Notes under the pieces: model-generated | Seen by the model: only the letters and a program-made list of their open reading frames with translations | Told to the model about the DNA's origin: nothing | Database searches by the model: none | Made by a program: the position numbers and the translations under genes | Assembly: GCA_964537935.1 (NCBI GenBank) | Contig: CAZICT010000002.1 | Span: forward strand, 140,922 to 204,921 | Reading direction: 5' to 3' | DNA length: 64,000 nt | Source of the DNA: an uncultured Candidatus Saccharibacteria bacterium | GTDB taxonomy: Bacteria > Patescibacteriota > Saccharimonadia > Saccharimonadales > CAZICT01 | In this document: piece after piece, positions 10,304 through 19,480 of the stretch | How positions within the stretch are numbered: position 1 is the first letter of the stretch | How the letters are laid out: each line of letters starts with the position of its first letter

Positions 10304-10888
10304 ATGAAAGTGTTTGGATTAACCGGTACGGCTGGAGCCGGCAAAGATACTGTGGCTGATATTTTATGCCAACTTTACGGTATGGAAAATATCTCTACCA
10401 GTTCTTTGGTGCGGACGATAGCACGACATGTGTACCGTCAATCGGCAACCCATAATCCGACTCGTGATCAGCTGTTTGAAATAGCGAGCTTTATGAGACA
10501 AGAGCTAGACCCGGCTATCACGGTAAAAATTTGTATTTATCAAGCTCAACAACTGCAGATCGGCAAAGCTCTGATTACCGGACTTAGAACAAAAGGGGAG
10601 GCTGAAGCAATCCGTGCGGCAGGAGGAAAGATAATTGCCGTAGATGCTGATCCAGAAATTCGATATGAACGAATTTATCATCGGAAACGAGACGCTGAGT
10701 CCAATAAAACTTTCAAAGAGTTTATCCGGCAAGATTCAATTGAAAACACCGGTATCTCAACGCAAGGTAAAGGCAGCGGAATCCAGTCTATTATCAAACA
10801 AGCCGATGCAGTAATAACAAATAATGGCACGCTTCAAGAGCTTAAAGAAGAAATAAGACGGCTGGAAGATTTATTTAAGCGCTCATAA
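10304..10888 (+). CDS. P-loop nucleotide kinase (dephospho-CoA kinase / dNMP kinase-like)
   Basis: N-terminal Walker A (GLTGTAGAGKDT) and kinase-like size (194 aa). Exact substrate cannot be read from the sequence. Confidence 0.5.
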   Translation: MKVFGLTGTAGAGKDTVADILCQLYGMENISTSSLVRTIARHVYRQSATHNPTRDQLFEIASFMRQELDPAITVKICIYQAQQLQIGKALITGLRTKGEAEAIRAAGGKIIAVDADPEIRYERIYHRKRDAESNKTFKEFIRQDSIENTGISTQGKGSGIQSIIKQADAVITNNGTLQELKEEIRRLEDLFKRS

Positions 10889-10899
10889 GCTTCAGTTAA

Positions 10900-12453
10900 T
10901 TAAGAAGCAGAGCGGAATAAATGCAAAATATGTTCACGGCTATGATTTGTGCTGGTGTATCGTCTAAGCTCAAGTATGCAGACGAATACGGTAATGAATA
11001 GGGCTGTTAACATTACGTCTTCCAGCGGTAAGCCTTTGAAATCGAATAATTTGGCAAGCGGCGTGTAAATGGCACATGCGATCAACAGGTTGCTCAAAGC
11101 TAGTGCCACGCCTAGTAACCGATTGTGCACTCGTGAGGAGTGAAACAATGAACGAGGGCTGCGCTGGGCATACACCAAAAACAGCAGACTAACGGCCATT
11201 ACTACAAAGAAAATTGTCTGCATTGTTTGATGAAGCAGTGAGTGATTAGTTGTATGTAGTGGCGAAAATCCATGCCACCAAGCAGCTATTAGAAAGGCGC
11301 TGTAAGCAATGAACGAACCGATTACTCCGTCCCAGGCTGCATGCTCAGTCGTTTGATAACCTGAAACGGATTTTTTAGCTCCTTGAGACGGTGAATCCCA
11401 GGCCATAAACATGGTAGGCAATAAGCCTATAAGTAACAAACCACCCAAAGTAGCCAGCGAGGCTATTCCCGGCACGGTGGTAAAAAGGTGTGCCCCGAAG
11501 GCAAGTGTAACGGCCGTCACCAGGCTGGCAAAGATCGCAATGTTAGAACGGTAGGCTGCCGCAAGGTTGGATACAACGTTTGCCGCAAAATGTTTATCAC
11601 CGCGAACGCTTTGCAGTGAAGCTATACCTATAAGCGTCAACCCATACCTGACTGATTCGACGTCTGCTTCAATGTTCCTCAGGTGATTTTCACGCGGGAT
11701 ATAAGCAATACCGATTCGTAAGGTGCTGCTATTTTCCCATTCGGCCGTTTGATCAAGGAGCGTTTCAACCTCATTTTTACCAACTGGCCTTACATGCCCG
11801 TGATCCCACACATCTTCAATGTAAGACGATAGCTCGGCCATAGGACCACTGACTATCGTAAACTCTTTTTGGCCGCCTTTGGGCGTAATCCGGGTGAAGT
11901 GGACGTTCGGCAGGTATATCGAATTATGATCGAGGGCCTCGTTCGACCCTAATTGACTTGCTGTGCCACCGGGTACTGACGCTAACGTACTTGCTGCTTG
12001 CAGGAACAGAAGCAACTCATTCTCTGTTAGTTCGCTAATTTTTTTATTTGTTCGTAGATTGGTGATATAAGGTGCGTTGCGGGGTCCGGCAACGGAATAA
12101 TTAGTTCTGGCTATCCTAAAATGCTTTAATCGAAGTCGCTTGGGAGTAAGCGATAAATACGTCGTCAAACGTTGCGGAAACAACCATATCGGTAGGCTGA
12201 CAATAAGCAGGGCCAGGATATACCAGGTTACTTCGGCAGCGCTGACTGCAGATGAGATACCGATAACAATTGATAAAATTACCAATACCGTGATCAGTGT
12301 AAAAATATTGTTTTTAATTGCATGGGCTTGATAAAACAGATCTCTAACACCGGGCATGGAGTCTGCCAATCTTTTGCCGCTTAGGTATTTACTGCGTATA
12401 CCACCCATAATTACATTGTAGTATACGGCACTTATGCTTACTTCGGTAGTCAA
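10900..12453 (-). CDS. P-type ATPase-derived membrane protein (Cation_ATPase_C-like C-terminus, no catalytic motifs)
   Basis: The C-terminal ~200 aa (QTIFFVVMAVSLLFLVYAQRSPRSLF...NRLLGVALALSNLLIACAIYTPLAKLFDFKGLP) resemble the TM7-10 region of cation P-type ATPases. DKTGT, TGD and GDGxND are not present anywhere in the ORF. Confidence 0.6.
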   Translation of the reverse strand: MTTEVSISAVYYNVIMGGIRSKYLSGKRLADSMPGVRDLFYQAHAIKNNIFTLITVLVILSIVIGISSAVSAAEVTWYILALLIVSLPIWLFPQRLTTYLSLTPKRLRLKHFRIARTNYSVAGPRNAPYITNLRTNKKISELTENELLLFLQAASTLASVPGGTASQLGSNEALDHNSIYLPNVHFTRITPKGGQKEFTIVSGPMAELSSYIEDVWDHGHVRPVGKNEVETLLDQTAEWENSSTLRIGIAYIPRENHLRNIEADVESVRYGLTLIGIASLQSVRGDKHFAANVVSNLAAAYRSNIAIFASLVTAVTLAFGAHLFTTVPGIASLATLGGLLLIGLLPTMFMAWDSPSQGAKKSVSGYQTTEHAAWDGVIGSFIAYSAFLIAAWWHGFSPLHTTNHSLLHQTMQTIFFVVMAVSLLFLVYAQRSPRSLFHSSRVHNRLLGVALALSNLLIACAIYTPLAKLFDFKGLPLEDVMLTALFITVFVCILELRRYTSTNHSREHILHLFRSAS

Positions 12454-12491
12454 TCCGTAGTATTATCATGTAACGCACGAGGTTATTTGAA

Positions 12492-13373
12492 ATGGAATAC
12501 AACAGTAATTCAAAAGTGCCAAGTATTGGCCCGCTGTATAAAGAGTTAACCGAACAGCTTGATCCGGATGATTATGCAACAGTCCGAGCCAGTAGCAGTG
12601 TCTGGACTTTACAACAAACTCTGAACTTATCAATAGAGGCGACTCAGGCTATGTGGAATTCGATGGTTCTAGACAGTCCAGTCGAGGAGCAAAACTTTCA
12701 AGAGCTTCTAATAGCGCAATCCATAGTTAAAGGCGTAATAGATGAACAACGCAAACGGTGGGGCGATCTATTGCCAATAGAGCCAGTCGAAGAAAGTATC
12801 CTCCGGTTACGATTTGGAATCTACGATGATCGGCCACCCTTAACATTTGCGCAGATAGACAGCAAAAGAGAGGAATTACTTATTGGTGACTGGCGTCCTG
12901 GCACCGCTCATCAGATCGGCGCTGAAACACTAGGTGTAATTGCTGACGAGATATACAGGGAGAGCTTTTGGGGAGCTGAATATAGCATGCTGGTTGATGT
13001 GCCCAATAAAGATATGGTGGTACGCAAAGCAGCGCAATTGATAATAAATTCAGAGCGACACAAACAGGGCATTACTACTATTGCTCAATGGCTCCGGGAA
13101 AATACCCACCTAAACATAGATGAAGAAGAATTAGCCGAAATATACGATAAATTCAGGTCTGAATACATTTTTACCGCCAAGCCCCATCTCCGCAGTATAC
13201 GTCTTAAGGCTATTGCTGTGTTTGATGCGGTAGTAGGCTATGCTAACGGTGTGCACGCAAAGCAGCCGGAAGTTAAACAGCAATTAGGCCTGGAGGCTAA
13301 GACCAATGTTGGTTCAATCAAAGGAAGTGTGGCGCGAGCCCTTGCCAAATATATTGAGAAAAACCGCCATTAA
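12492..13373 (+). CDS. hypothetical protein with short sigma-70 region-4-like segment
   Basis: 293-aa ORF with GAGG SD. ESILRLRFGIYDDRPPLTFAQI parallels [22 protein letters not shown] of the rpoD in this window. Confidence 0.5.
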   Translation: MEYNSNSKVPSIGPLYKELTEQLDPDDYATVRASSSVWTLQQTLNLSIEATQAMWNSMVLDSPVEEQNFQELLIAQSIVKGVIDEQRKRWGDLLPIEPVEESILRLRFGIYDDRPPLTFAQIDSKREELLIGDWRPGTAHQIGAETLGVIADEIYRESFWGAEYSMLVDVPNKDMVVRKAAQLIINSERHKQGITTIAQWLRENTHLNIDEEELAEIYDKFRSEYIFTAKPHLRSIRLKAIAVFDAVVGYANGVHAKQPEVKQQLGLEAKTNVGSIKGSVARALAKYIEKNRH

Positions 13374-13444
13374 GCCCGATATTAGCTTTCAAACCTAAAG
13401 GTATAATGCAAAAGCAAGAGGCTAAAGGAGTATACTAAGACATA

Positions 13445-16084
13445 ATGGCGGAGCGTAAAAAACTGGCAATCATAGACGGAAAGAGCGTGTTTTATCGCGG
13501 TTACTATGCGATGCCAAACCTAAGCACTAAAGACGGTACACCGACCGGTGGCGTTTACGGCTTCGCGGTGATGGCGCTGGAAGTTATCAAGCGGCTGAAG
13601 CCGGATTACGTTTGTGTCGCCTGGGATAAACCCAAAACTAATATTCGTCGGCGGGTAGAAATGTATCCGGACTATAAGGCCGGGCGCAAACCGGCTCCGC
13701 CGGATTTTTACGCTCAAATTCCGATGCTACATGAGCTGCTGGAAGCATTTGGTTGGCCGCTATATGAGTTGGATGACTACGAAGCCGATGACATCATGGG
13801 TACTTTGGCGCTGCAGGCAACGGAAAAGGGGATAGAAACCCTACTTATCACCTCGGATCTTGATATGCTGCAGCTGGTTCATCCGTTGGTCCATGTGTAT
13901 GCGCTCAAGAAGGGCTTGAGTAATATTGAGCTGTTTCGTCCAGAGTCATTCATTATGAAATACGGAATTACGCCCGAACAATTTTTAGACCTCAAGGCAC
14001 TAAAGGGCGATTCCTCAGATAATATTCCTGGAGTTCCGGGCATTGGCGAAAAGGGCGCCACAGAACTTCTCAAACAATACGAAACGCTCGACGGCATTTA
14101 TGAAAATTTGGCACTGATTAAAGATAGTGTGCGCAAAAAATTAGAGGCCGGGAAGGATTCGGCATATTTGAGTAAAAAATTAGCAGCTTTGTGGACCGAT
14201 GCACCATTAAAGCTGGATCTTAATGAAGTGGACGGCAGCAAATGCAATCCTGAGCAAGTTCGTGAGAAACTGCAAAAATTCGAGTTTAGAACATTATTAC
14301 GGCAGCTACCTGAGGCAATGCAGGTGCAAGAACAACATAGTGCGCATACTTTTTCGCCAATAGACTTTTCAGGTAAGCAGACGCTAATCAAAAACGACAA
14401 AGAACTTGATCAGCTTATCAAGCTAAAGCCCAGCAAAGTGTTCATCCATAGCCGGTGCGCAGGCAGGCACGGTATCGATCCCAAGCTGTTGATTATCGGT
14501 GTCGATGATATGACATACGTGCTTAACATCGACAGCTTTGGTTCCGAAGCAATTAAAAGCAAACTTGGAGAGTGGCTGGAGTCAAAAAGGCTTATCGGTT
14601 ATGACCTCAAATCCACTATAAAGGCGGGCTATAGCCTGGATTTAAGGCTGGATAAAGTAGAACACGATGTATTAATCGGCGCGTTTTTAATCAATAGCTT
14701 AAGGCGCGAGCAAACCCTGACAGAATTAGCTAGCGCAGACATCGGCTACGAAGGCTCATCGCTTGAAGATTTGCCGACCGAAGAACTGATTACAAGAGCG
14801 CCGGAAATTATCTCAGTGCTCAAAGGCCTGCATGCCCAACAGATCAAAGACCTAAAAGAGATGCCAAAGGTTCAAAAACTAGCTCACGACATAGAGTGGC
14901 CTGTCATACCTGTGTTGGCGGCCATGGAATACGAGGGCATACAGCTTGATACTAAGCACTTAAACAAGATGGCAAGACAGCTGGAGGATATGATAAGCGA
15001 CCTTGAGCAACAAATTTACGGCCATGCTAACCAGGAGTTCAACATCAATTCGCCCGGTCAGCTGGCTGATATTTTGTTCACCAAGCTTAACCTGCCGACC
15101 GAAGGTATAAAACGTGGAAAAACAAGTTATTCAACTGCTGCCAGCGAACTCGATAAACTGCGTGGAGCGCATCCTATAATCGACCTGATTACTCATTACC
15201 GCGAGGTAACCAAGCTTAAGAATACTTATGTCGATACGCTACCTAAGATGGTCGATAAAAATTCGCGCCTTCACACCACATATGCTTTGACTGTAGCTCA
15301 AACCGGCCGCCTCAGCAGTAATGACCCGAACCTGCAGAACATTCCGGTCCGATCAGAGCTCGGCAAGCACATTCGTACGGCGTTTATTGCCGGAAAAGGG
15401 AATGCGCTGATTAGCGCTGATTACTCACAGTTTGAATTGCGCCTGGCGGCCTATTTGTCTGATGACCAGGATTTGATAGATATGTTTAACCGTGATGTAG
15501 ACGTGCATCTGGCCACAGCGGCTGAGGTCTACGGCCGTGAACCGGAAGATGTGACTAAAAACATGCGCCGCGATGCCAAGGTTGTAAACTTCGGTGTTAT
15601 GTATGGATTGAGCGCGCATGGTCTGGTGCAGGCGACGGGCATGACATACGAAGCAGCCAAGCATTTTATTCAGAAGTATTTCGAAGTTCGCCCTAAACTC
15701 CTCGCATATATTGAATCAGTGAAGAAACAGGCCAAGGAGCAGGGTTATGTAGAAACTATCTTTGGCCGCAGGCGTCCCACGCCGGATGCTCATTCCAGTA
15801 ATTTCATGGTCCGAGAGGCCGCCATGCGGGCGGCTGTGAATATGCCGTTTCAGGGCAGTGCGGCCGATATCATGAAGCTGGCAATGATAAAAGTCCAGGA
15901 AAAGCTGGAGGGTACCAACTGCAAAGTGCTATTACAAATACACGACAGCTTGATAGTAGAGTGCCCCGAATCAGAGGCCAAAGAGACCGCGAAACTCCTG
16001 AAAGACACCATGGAAAACGCGCACAAACTGTCAGTAAAACTAACAGTTGATACATCAATCGGCCAAAACTGGGGTGAATTGTAG
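13445..16084 (+). CDS. polA: DNA polymerase I
   Basis: 5' nuclease N-terminus (IDGKSVFYRGYYA, GDSSDNIPGVPGIGEK), then polymerase motifs A (LISADYSQFELRL), B (RRDAKVVNFGVMYG) and C (LLQIHDSLIVE). TATAAT plus AAAGGAG upstream. Confidence 0.93.
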   Translation: MAERKKLAIIDGKSVFYRGYYAMPNLSTKDGTPTGGVYGFAVMALEVIKRLKPDYVCVAWDKPKTNIRRRVEMYPDYKAGRKPAPPDFYAQIPMLHELLEAFGWPLYELDDYEADDIMGTLALQATEKGIETLLITSDLDMLQLVHPLVHVYALKKGLSNIELFRPESFIMKYGITPEQFLDLKALKGDSSDNIPGVPGIGEKGATELLKQYETLDGIYENLALIKDSVRKKLEAGKDSAYLSKKLAALWTDAPLKLDLNEVDGSKCNPEQVREKLQKFEFRTLLRQLPEAMQVQEQHSAHTFSPIDFSGKQTLIKNDKELDQLIKLKPSKVFIHSRCAGRHGIDPKLLIIGVDDMTYVLNIDSFGSEAIKSKLGEWLESKRLIGYDLKSTIKAGYSLDLRLDKVEHDVLIGAFLINSLRREQTLTELASADIGYEGSSLEDLPTEELITRAPEIISVLKGLHAQQIKDLKEMPKVQKLAHDIEWPVIPVLAAMEYEGIQLDTKHLNKMARQLEDMISDLEQQIYGHANQEFNINSPGQLADILFTKLNLPTEGIKRGKTSYSTAASELDKLRGAHPIIDLITHYREVTKLKNTYVDTLPKMVDKNSRLHTTYALTVAQTGRLSSNDPNLQNIPVRSELGKHIRTAFIAGKGNALISADYSQFELRLAAYLSDDQDLIDMFNRDVDVHLATAAEVYGREPEDVTKNMRRDAKVVNFGVMYGLSAHGLVQATGMTYEAAKHFIQKYFEVRPKLLAYIESVKKQAKEQGYVETIFGRRRPTPDAHSSNFMVREAAMRAAVNMPFQGSAADIMKLAMIKVQEKLEGTNCKVLLQIHDSLIVECPESEAKETAKLLKDTMENAHKLSVKLTVDTSIGQNWGEL

Positions 16085-16581
16085 TGAGCGGCCATTTGGC
16101 TGAAAGAATTAATAAGGCTAAAGAGCTGCTAAGTAATGTCCGGCATGCGTCTATGGCGACGGTTAACGAAGACGGATCGCCGCTTGCTACCCCGTATTTA
16201 TTTATGTGTGATGAAAAAATCGAAAATCTGTATTGGGGTTCGCATCCTGAATCTCAGCACTCTAAAAATGTTGCTAGAACTGGACAGATATTCGTCGTAT
16301 TGTATGAAGCAAATGATTTCGGTGGTCTTTATATCGAAGCCGAAAAAGCCCATGCCTTAAAAGGTGAAGAACTAAAAGCGGCACTGGCAATTCACAATAA
16401 GTTAAGGATGAGTCAAGGGAAGGAATCGTTGACGCTTAGCTATTATGAGGGCAAAAGCCCGCAGCGCATGTATGGCGCTAAGGCCATTAAATTCTGGGTC
16501 AACATGACTGAACGTGATAAAAGAGGCATGTTAGTCAAAGATTATCGACAAGAAATTAACAGAACAGACTTATTTATTTAA
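16084..16581 (+). CDS. pyridoxamine 5'-phosphate oxidase-family (general stress protein 26-like) protein
   Basis: 165 aa. HASMATVNEDGSPLATPY and the following beta-rich pattern are typical of the PNPOx-like FMN-binding split barrel. The GTG start overlaps the polA stop. Confidence 0.55.
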   Translation: MSGHLAERINKAKELLSNVRHASMATVNEDGSPLATPYLFMCDEKIENLYWGSHPESQHSKNVARTGQIFVVLYEANDFGGLYIEAEKAHALKGEELKAALAIHNKLRMSQGKESLTLSYYEGKSPQRMYGAKAIKFWVNMTERDKRGMLVKDYRQEINRTDLFI

Positions 16582-16616
16582 TACTAGAATTAATTCTAGT
16601 ATTAATGCTAGTATTA
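16578..16616. promoter_or_regulatory. 28-bp perfect palindrome plus third half-site; candidate operator (or AT-rich terminator hairpin)
   Basis: TTAATACTAGAATTAATTCTAGTATTAA (16578-16605) is its own reverse complement. CTAGTATTA recurs at 16608-16616, 12 bp after the copy at 16596-16604. Lies 5 bp upstream of the AbrB-like ORF start. Confidence 0.6.
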
Positions 16617-16620
16617 TTTT

Positions 16621-16794
16621 ATGGCTAACAAATCATACAAGGAGCGGGGAATACGTAATATCCAAAATTCTAACGGTACTTATTACGTAACTCTACCTAA
16701 AGAATTAATAGCAGAATTGAGCTGGCGCGAAAGACAAAAAGTAGTCGTCAAAAAATCCGGGAATAAGCTGATCATAACTGACTGGAAGGCTTAG
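16621..16794 (+). CDS. AbrB/MazE/SpoVT-family small DNA-binding protein (57 aa, below ORF-track cutoff)
   Basis: Manual translation gives MANKSYKERGIRNIQNSNGTYYVTLPKELIAELSWRERQKVVVKKSGNKLIITDWKA. YYVTLPKELIAEL...KVVVKKSGNKLII fits the swapped-hairpin SpoVT/AbrB pattern. Confidence 0.55.
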   Translation: MANKSYKERGIRNIQNSNGTYYVTLPKELIAELSWRERQKVVVKKSGNKLIITDWKA

Positions 16795-16845
16795 ACAGCC
16801 AATCCTTCTATATTATCTTTTATCATTAACCAATCGAGGTGTTTC

Positions 16846-17226
16846 ATGGAAGGTGAAAGAGAGTTTGAGCTCAGTAAATTAGTCAGAAACAAAATTCCTA
16901 AGCAGATGGAAAAAGACGGCCAGCGCCCTATAACCGAGAGCTTGGGCAAAGAAGGGTTATACGCTGCTTTACTGGCAAAGATTGGCGAAGAAGCAGGCGA
17001 GCGGGATTGGCCAGATCTTTTAACTGTTATAAAAAAGCTGGCTGAACTTGATGGCATGGACTGGGAAACGATACTTGCTAAAGAGCAGCAAAAAACCGCT
17101 GAAAAGGGAGGTTTTGATGAGGGAATATTTATCAGATCTCTGGTTCTGAAAGAAAACGATCCCTGGGTTGAATATTATGCCTCTGAATCCAGATTTATAG
17201 AATGTCGAGAGCCGAAAAATGACTGA
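16846..17226 (+). CDS. MazG-like all-alpha NTP pyrophosphohydrolase (PRA-PH-like house-cleaning family)
   Basis: KLVRNKIPKQMEKDG, LLAKIGEEAGE and EKGGFDEGIFI match the KLVRDKIPE...EE..E...RGGF pattern of this family. GAGGTG SD present. Confidence 0.65.
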   Translation: MEGEREFELSKLVRNKIPKQMEKDGQRPITESLGKEGLYAALLAKIGEEAGERDWPDLLTVIKKLAELDGMDWETILAKEQQKTAEKGGFDEGIFIRSLVLKENDPWVEYYASESRFIECREPKND

Positions 17227-17827
17227 TCTAAGACAGCTTACCATCGATACATACAACAAGTCAGCCAGAGGCTTATCAGAGTATTTCCGTGGCATCGGCT
17301 CAAGAGCAGATGATATCAAGTTAGCGCTTCAACTGGCTGGCGGTCCGAATAATCCTCATGTACTTGAGATTGGTTGTGGTGATGGGCGTGATGCCAAAGA
17401 AATTATAAAACTCACTGCTAACTATACTGGATTTGATATATCAGAAGAGCTTGTCAAGTTAGCAAGACTATATGTACCCGATGCAAGCTTAGAGGTGGCA
17501 GATGCGGTAACTTACCGCTACCCTAGTAGGCTCGATGTAGTTGTAGCATTTGCTTCGGTGCTGCATTTAAATCCACACGAGATTAAAATTGTGTTTGAAA
17601 AAGTGGCAAAATCTTTGAAACAAGGGGGTGTTTTCTATATCTCAACCAAATATTCAGAAAGCTACAAAGAAGAAATAAAAGAAGATAAGTTTGGCAAAAG
17701 GCTATTTTACTTCTACAACCCTTCTTTTTTAGAAGGGATTGCTGGCGGCAGTTTTAAAACTGTATACACTTCAGTGAAAACGATCGGTTCAACCGAATGG
17801 CTCGAAATAGCCTTCCGTAAGGTATAG
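17219..17827 (+). CDS. class I SAM-dependent methyltransferase
   Basis: Motif I VLEIGCGDGRDA, post-I FDISEE and motif II-like VVVAFASVLHL. The start overlaps the upstream gene by 8 nt. Confidence 0.75.
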   Translation: MTDLRQLTIDTYNKSARGLSEYFRGIGSRADDIKLALQLAGGPNNPHVLEIGCGDGRDAKEIIKLTANYTGFDISEELVKLARLYVPDASLEVADAVTYRYPSRLDVVVAFASVLHLNPHEIKIVFEKVAKSLKQGGVFYISTKYSESYKEEIKEDKFGKRLFYFYNPSFLEGIAGGSFKTVYTSVKTIGSTEWLEIAFRKV

Positions 17828-17891
17828 CCGCATAACTCAAATAGACAAGGGTATTGTAATAATGCTTATTTTATGATAAAATAATATTATC

Positions 17892-18461
17892 ATGAAATAC
17901 GTTTTGGGAGTATTTGCGGTTATAGTGGTGCTCATCCTGTCGATTATTCTTATTTCTAACAGAGGTAATCGCAGTACCGAGAACAGTCAAACCGGCGATC
18001 AGACGGTAGACCTTTTGGATTACACTGACAAAGCCGGCGGAACCTTGCTTTTCGAGACGGAAGGTGAACTTCGTGGTGATGACGAGCGCCGGGCAATCCG
18101 TATATCCGTTACTCGTGTCGAGCGCAAAGTAGAAATTCTGAGCGGTTATAAGGAGGAAGTAATTGATAGTAAGTCACTTCCTAATACAGATGAAGCTTAC
18201 GAAGCGCTTATTTATGCGCTTGACAAGGCCGGCTATAGCCGAAAACAGGAGCCGCGATATGATTCTGATAAAGGTGCCTGTCCGTTCGGTAAAGTCTACA
18301 TCTATAAGCTTGAAGACGGCTCAGATGATGTAATACGAAGCTGGTCAACCAGCTGTTCTAGAAGGGATGGGGATTTCGGCGGGGACGCATCACGCGTACG
18401 GCGTTTGTTTGAGAAGCAAATCCCTGATTATAGAAGCATCACTACTGATGTTCGCTTATAA
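17892..18461 (+). CDS. hypothetical N-terminally anchored extracytoplasmic protein
   Basis: 189 aa with signal-anchor helix VLGVFAVIVVLILSIILI. No family recognised. Confidence 0.5.
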   Translation: MKYVLGVFAVIVVLILSIILISNRGNRSTENSQTGDQTVDLLDYTDKAGGTLLFETEGELRGDDERRAIRISVTRVERKVEILSGYKEEVIDSKSLPNTDEAYEALIYALDKAGYSRKQEPRYDSDKGACPFGKVYIYKLEDGSDDVIRSWSTSCSRRDGDFGGDASRVRRLFEKQIPDYRSITTDVRL

Positions 18462-18555
18462 ATAAGTATCCATATATAAATTAACCGCACGACCCTAAAA
18501 TGTGTCTGTTAACAAGCTTACAACCTCAGTCAGAGTAACTGCTATAGTTAGACGC

Positions 18556-19128
18556 ATGATAAAAGCGGTCATTTTTGATTTGTTCGGTGTTTTGACTACA
18601 GACAGCTGGCAGGCGTTTGTAGACCAGCTTCCACCGGAGGTAGATAAGGAACGAGTCCATGAGCTTAATCACCAGCGGGCAGCCGGTTTTATTAATGAGG
18701 TGGAGTTTACCGAACAGCTAGGCCAGCTTACTAATAAGACTAGTGAACAGATAAACGACGAACTGCGGGGGGAAGTGGCAAAGAATACCGCTCTACTTGA
18801 TTATATAAGAGAGATAAAGCAACATTTCTCAATCGGACTGCTCAGCAACATCGCCTCAAACTGGGTACGCGAAAGTTTTCTAACCGAAGAAGAGCAGAGC
18901 CTGTTTGATGAGATGATTTTATCGTTTGAGGTTGGCATGACTAAACCGGATCAACGAATCTTTATGCTGGCATGTGAAAGGTTACGAGTTGGTCCTCACG
19001 AAGCGGTACTGGTGGATGATATTGAATCATATTGTCAGGCAGCCCGCGCAGAAGGCATGCAGGCCGTAGTCTATAGAGACCTACAGCAGCTCAAAACAGA
19101 ACTTAGGGGCATTCTATACCCTAAATGA
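18556..19128 (+). CDS. HAD-superfamily hydrolase (subfamily IA-like)
   Basis: Motif I at the N-terminus (KAVIFDLFGVLT), LLSNI (motif II Ser) and LVDDI (motif IV). I prefer the ATG at 18556 over the track's GTG at 18502 because HAD motif I normally sits within the first ~10 residues. Confidence 0.7.
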   Translation: MIKAVIFDLFGVLTTDSWQAFVDQLPPEVDKERVHELNHQRAAGFINEVEFTEQLGQLTNKTSEQINDELRGEVAKNTALLDYIREIKQHFSIGLLSNIASNWVRESFLTEEEQSLFDEMILSFEVGMTKPDQRIFMLACERLRVGPHEAVLVDDIESYCQAARAEGMQAVVYRDLQQLKTELRGILYPK

Positions 19129-19234
19129 TATATTTTAGGGTTTTGCACAGATATTTTAATTAAAGCAGGTTGACTAACTAGTAAAGAGGAGTTTAATTGA
19201 CAGCATATTTGGTACGCGAAAGGATCAAATAAAA

Positions 19235-19480
19235 ATGAGCACAATAGAATATAAAAATCATGTTATCGGATACGAAGTAGACGGGCTGCCTGTAATTAAC
19301 CCTAACTTAGGCGGACGCAAAACTATGGAGGAGATGGACAGGGAAGCTAACTCTCTTACGAAAAGGCTAGAAGCGCGGTTAGCAATAGAAAGAAATCAAC
19401 ACGCGGCTGATGGACTCGGCTACTTGGCACTATCTTCTGAACTAAAAGAATTTGATAAATTATCCGACCCGGATAATTAA
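19235..19480 (+). CDS. hypothetical protein (81 aa)
   Basis: ORF with AAAGGA upstream. No recognisable motifs. The 3' end overlaps the convergent gene by 21 nt. Confidence 0.4.
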   Translation: MSTIEYKNHVIGYEVDGLPVINPNLGGRKTMEEMDREANSLTKRLEARLAIERNQHAADGLGYLALSSELKEFDKLSDPDN

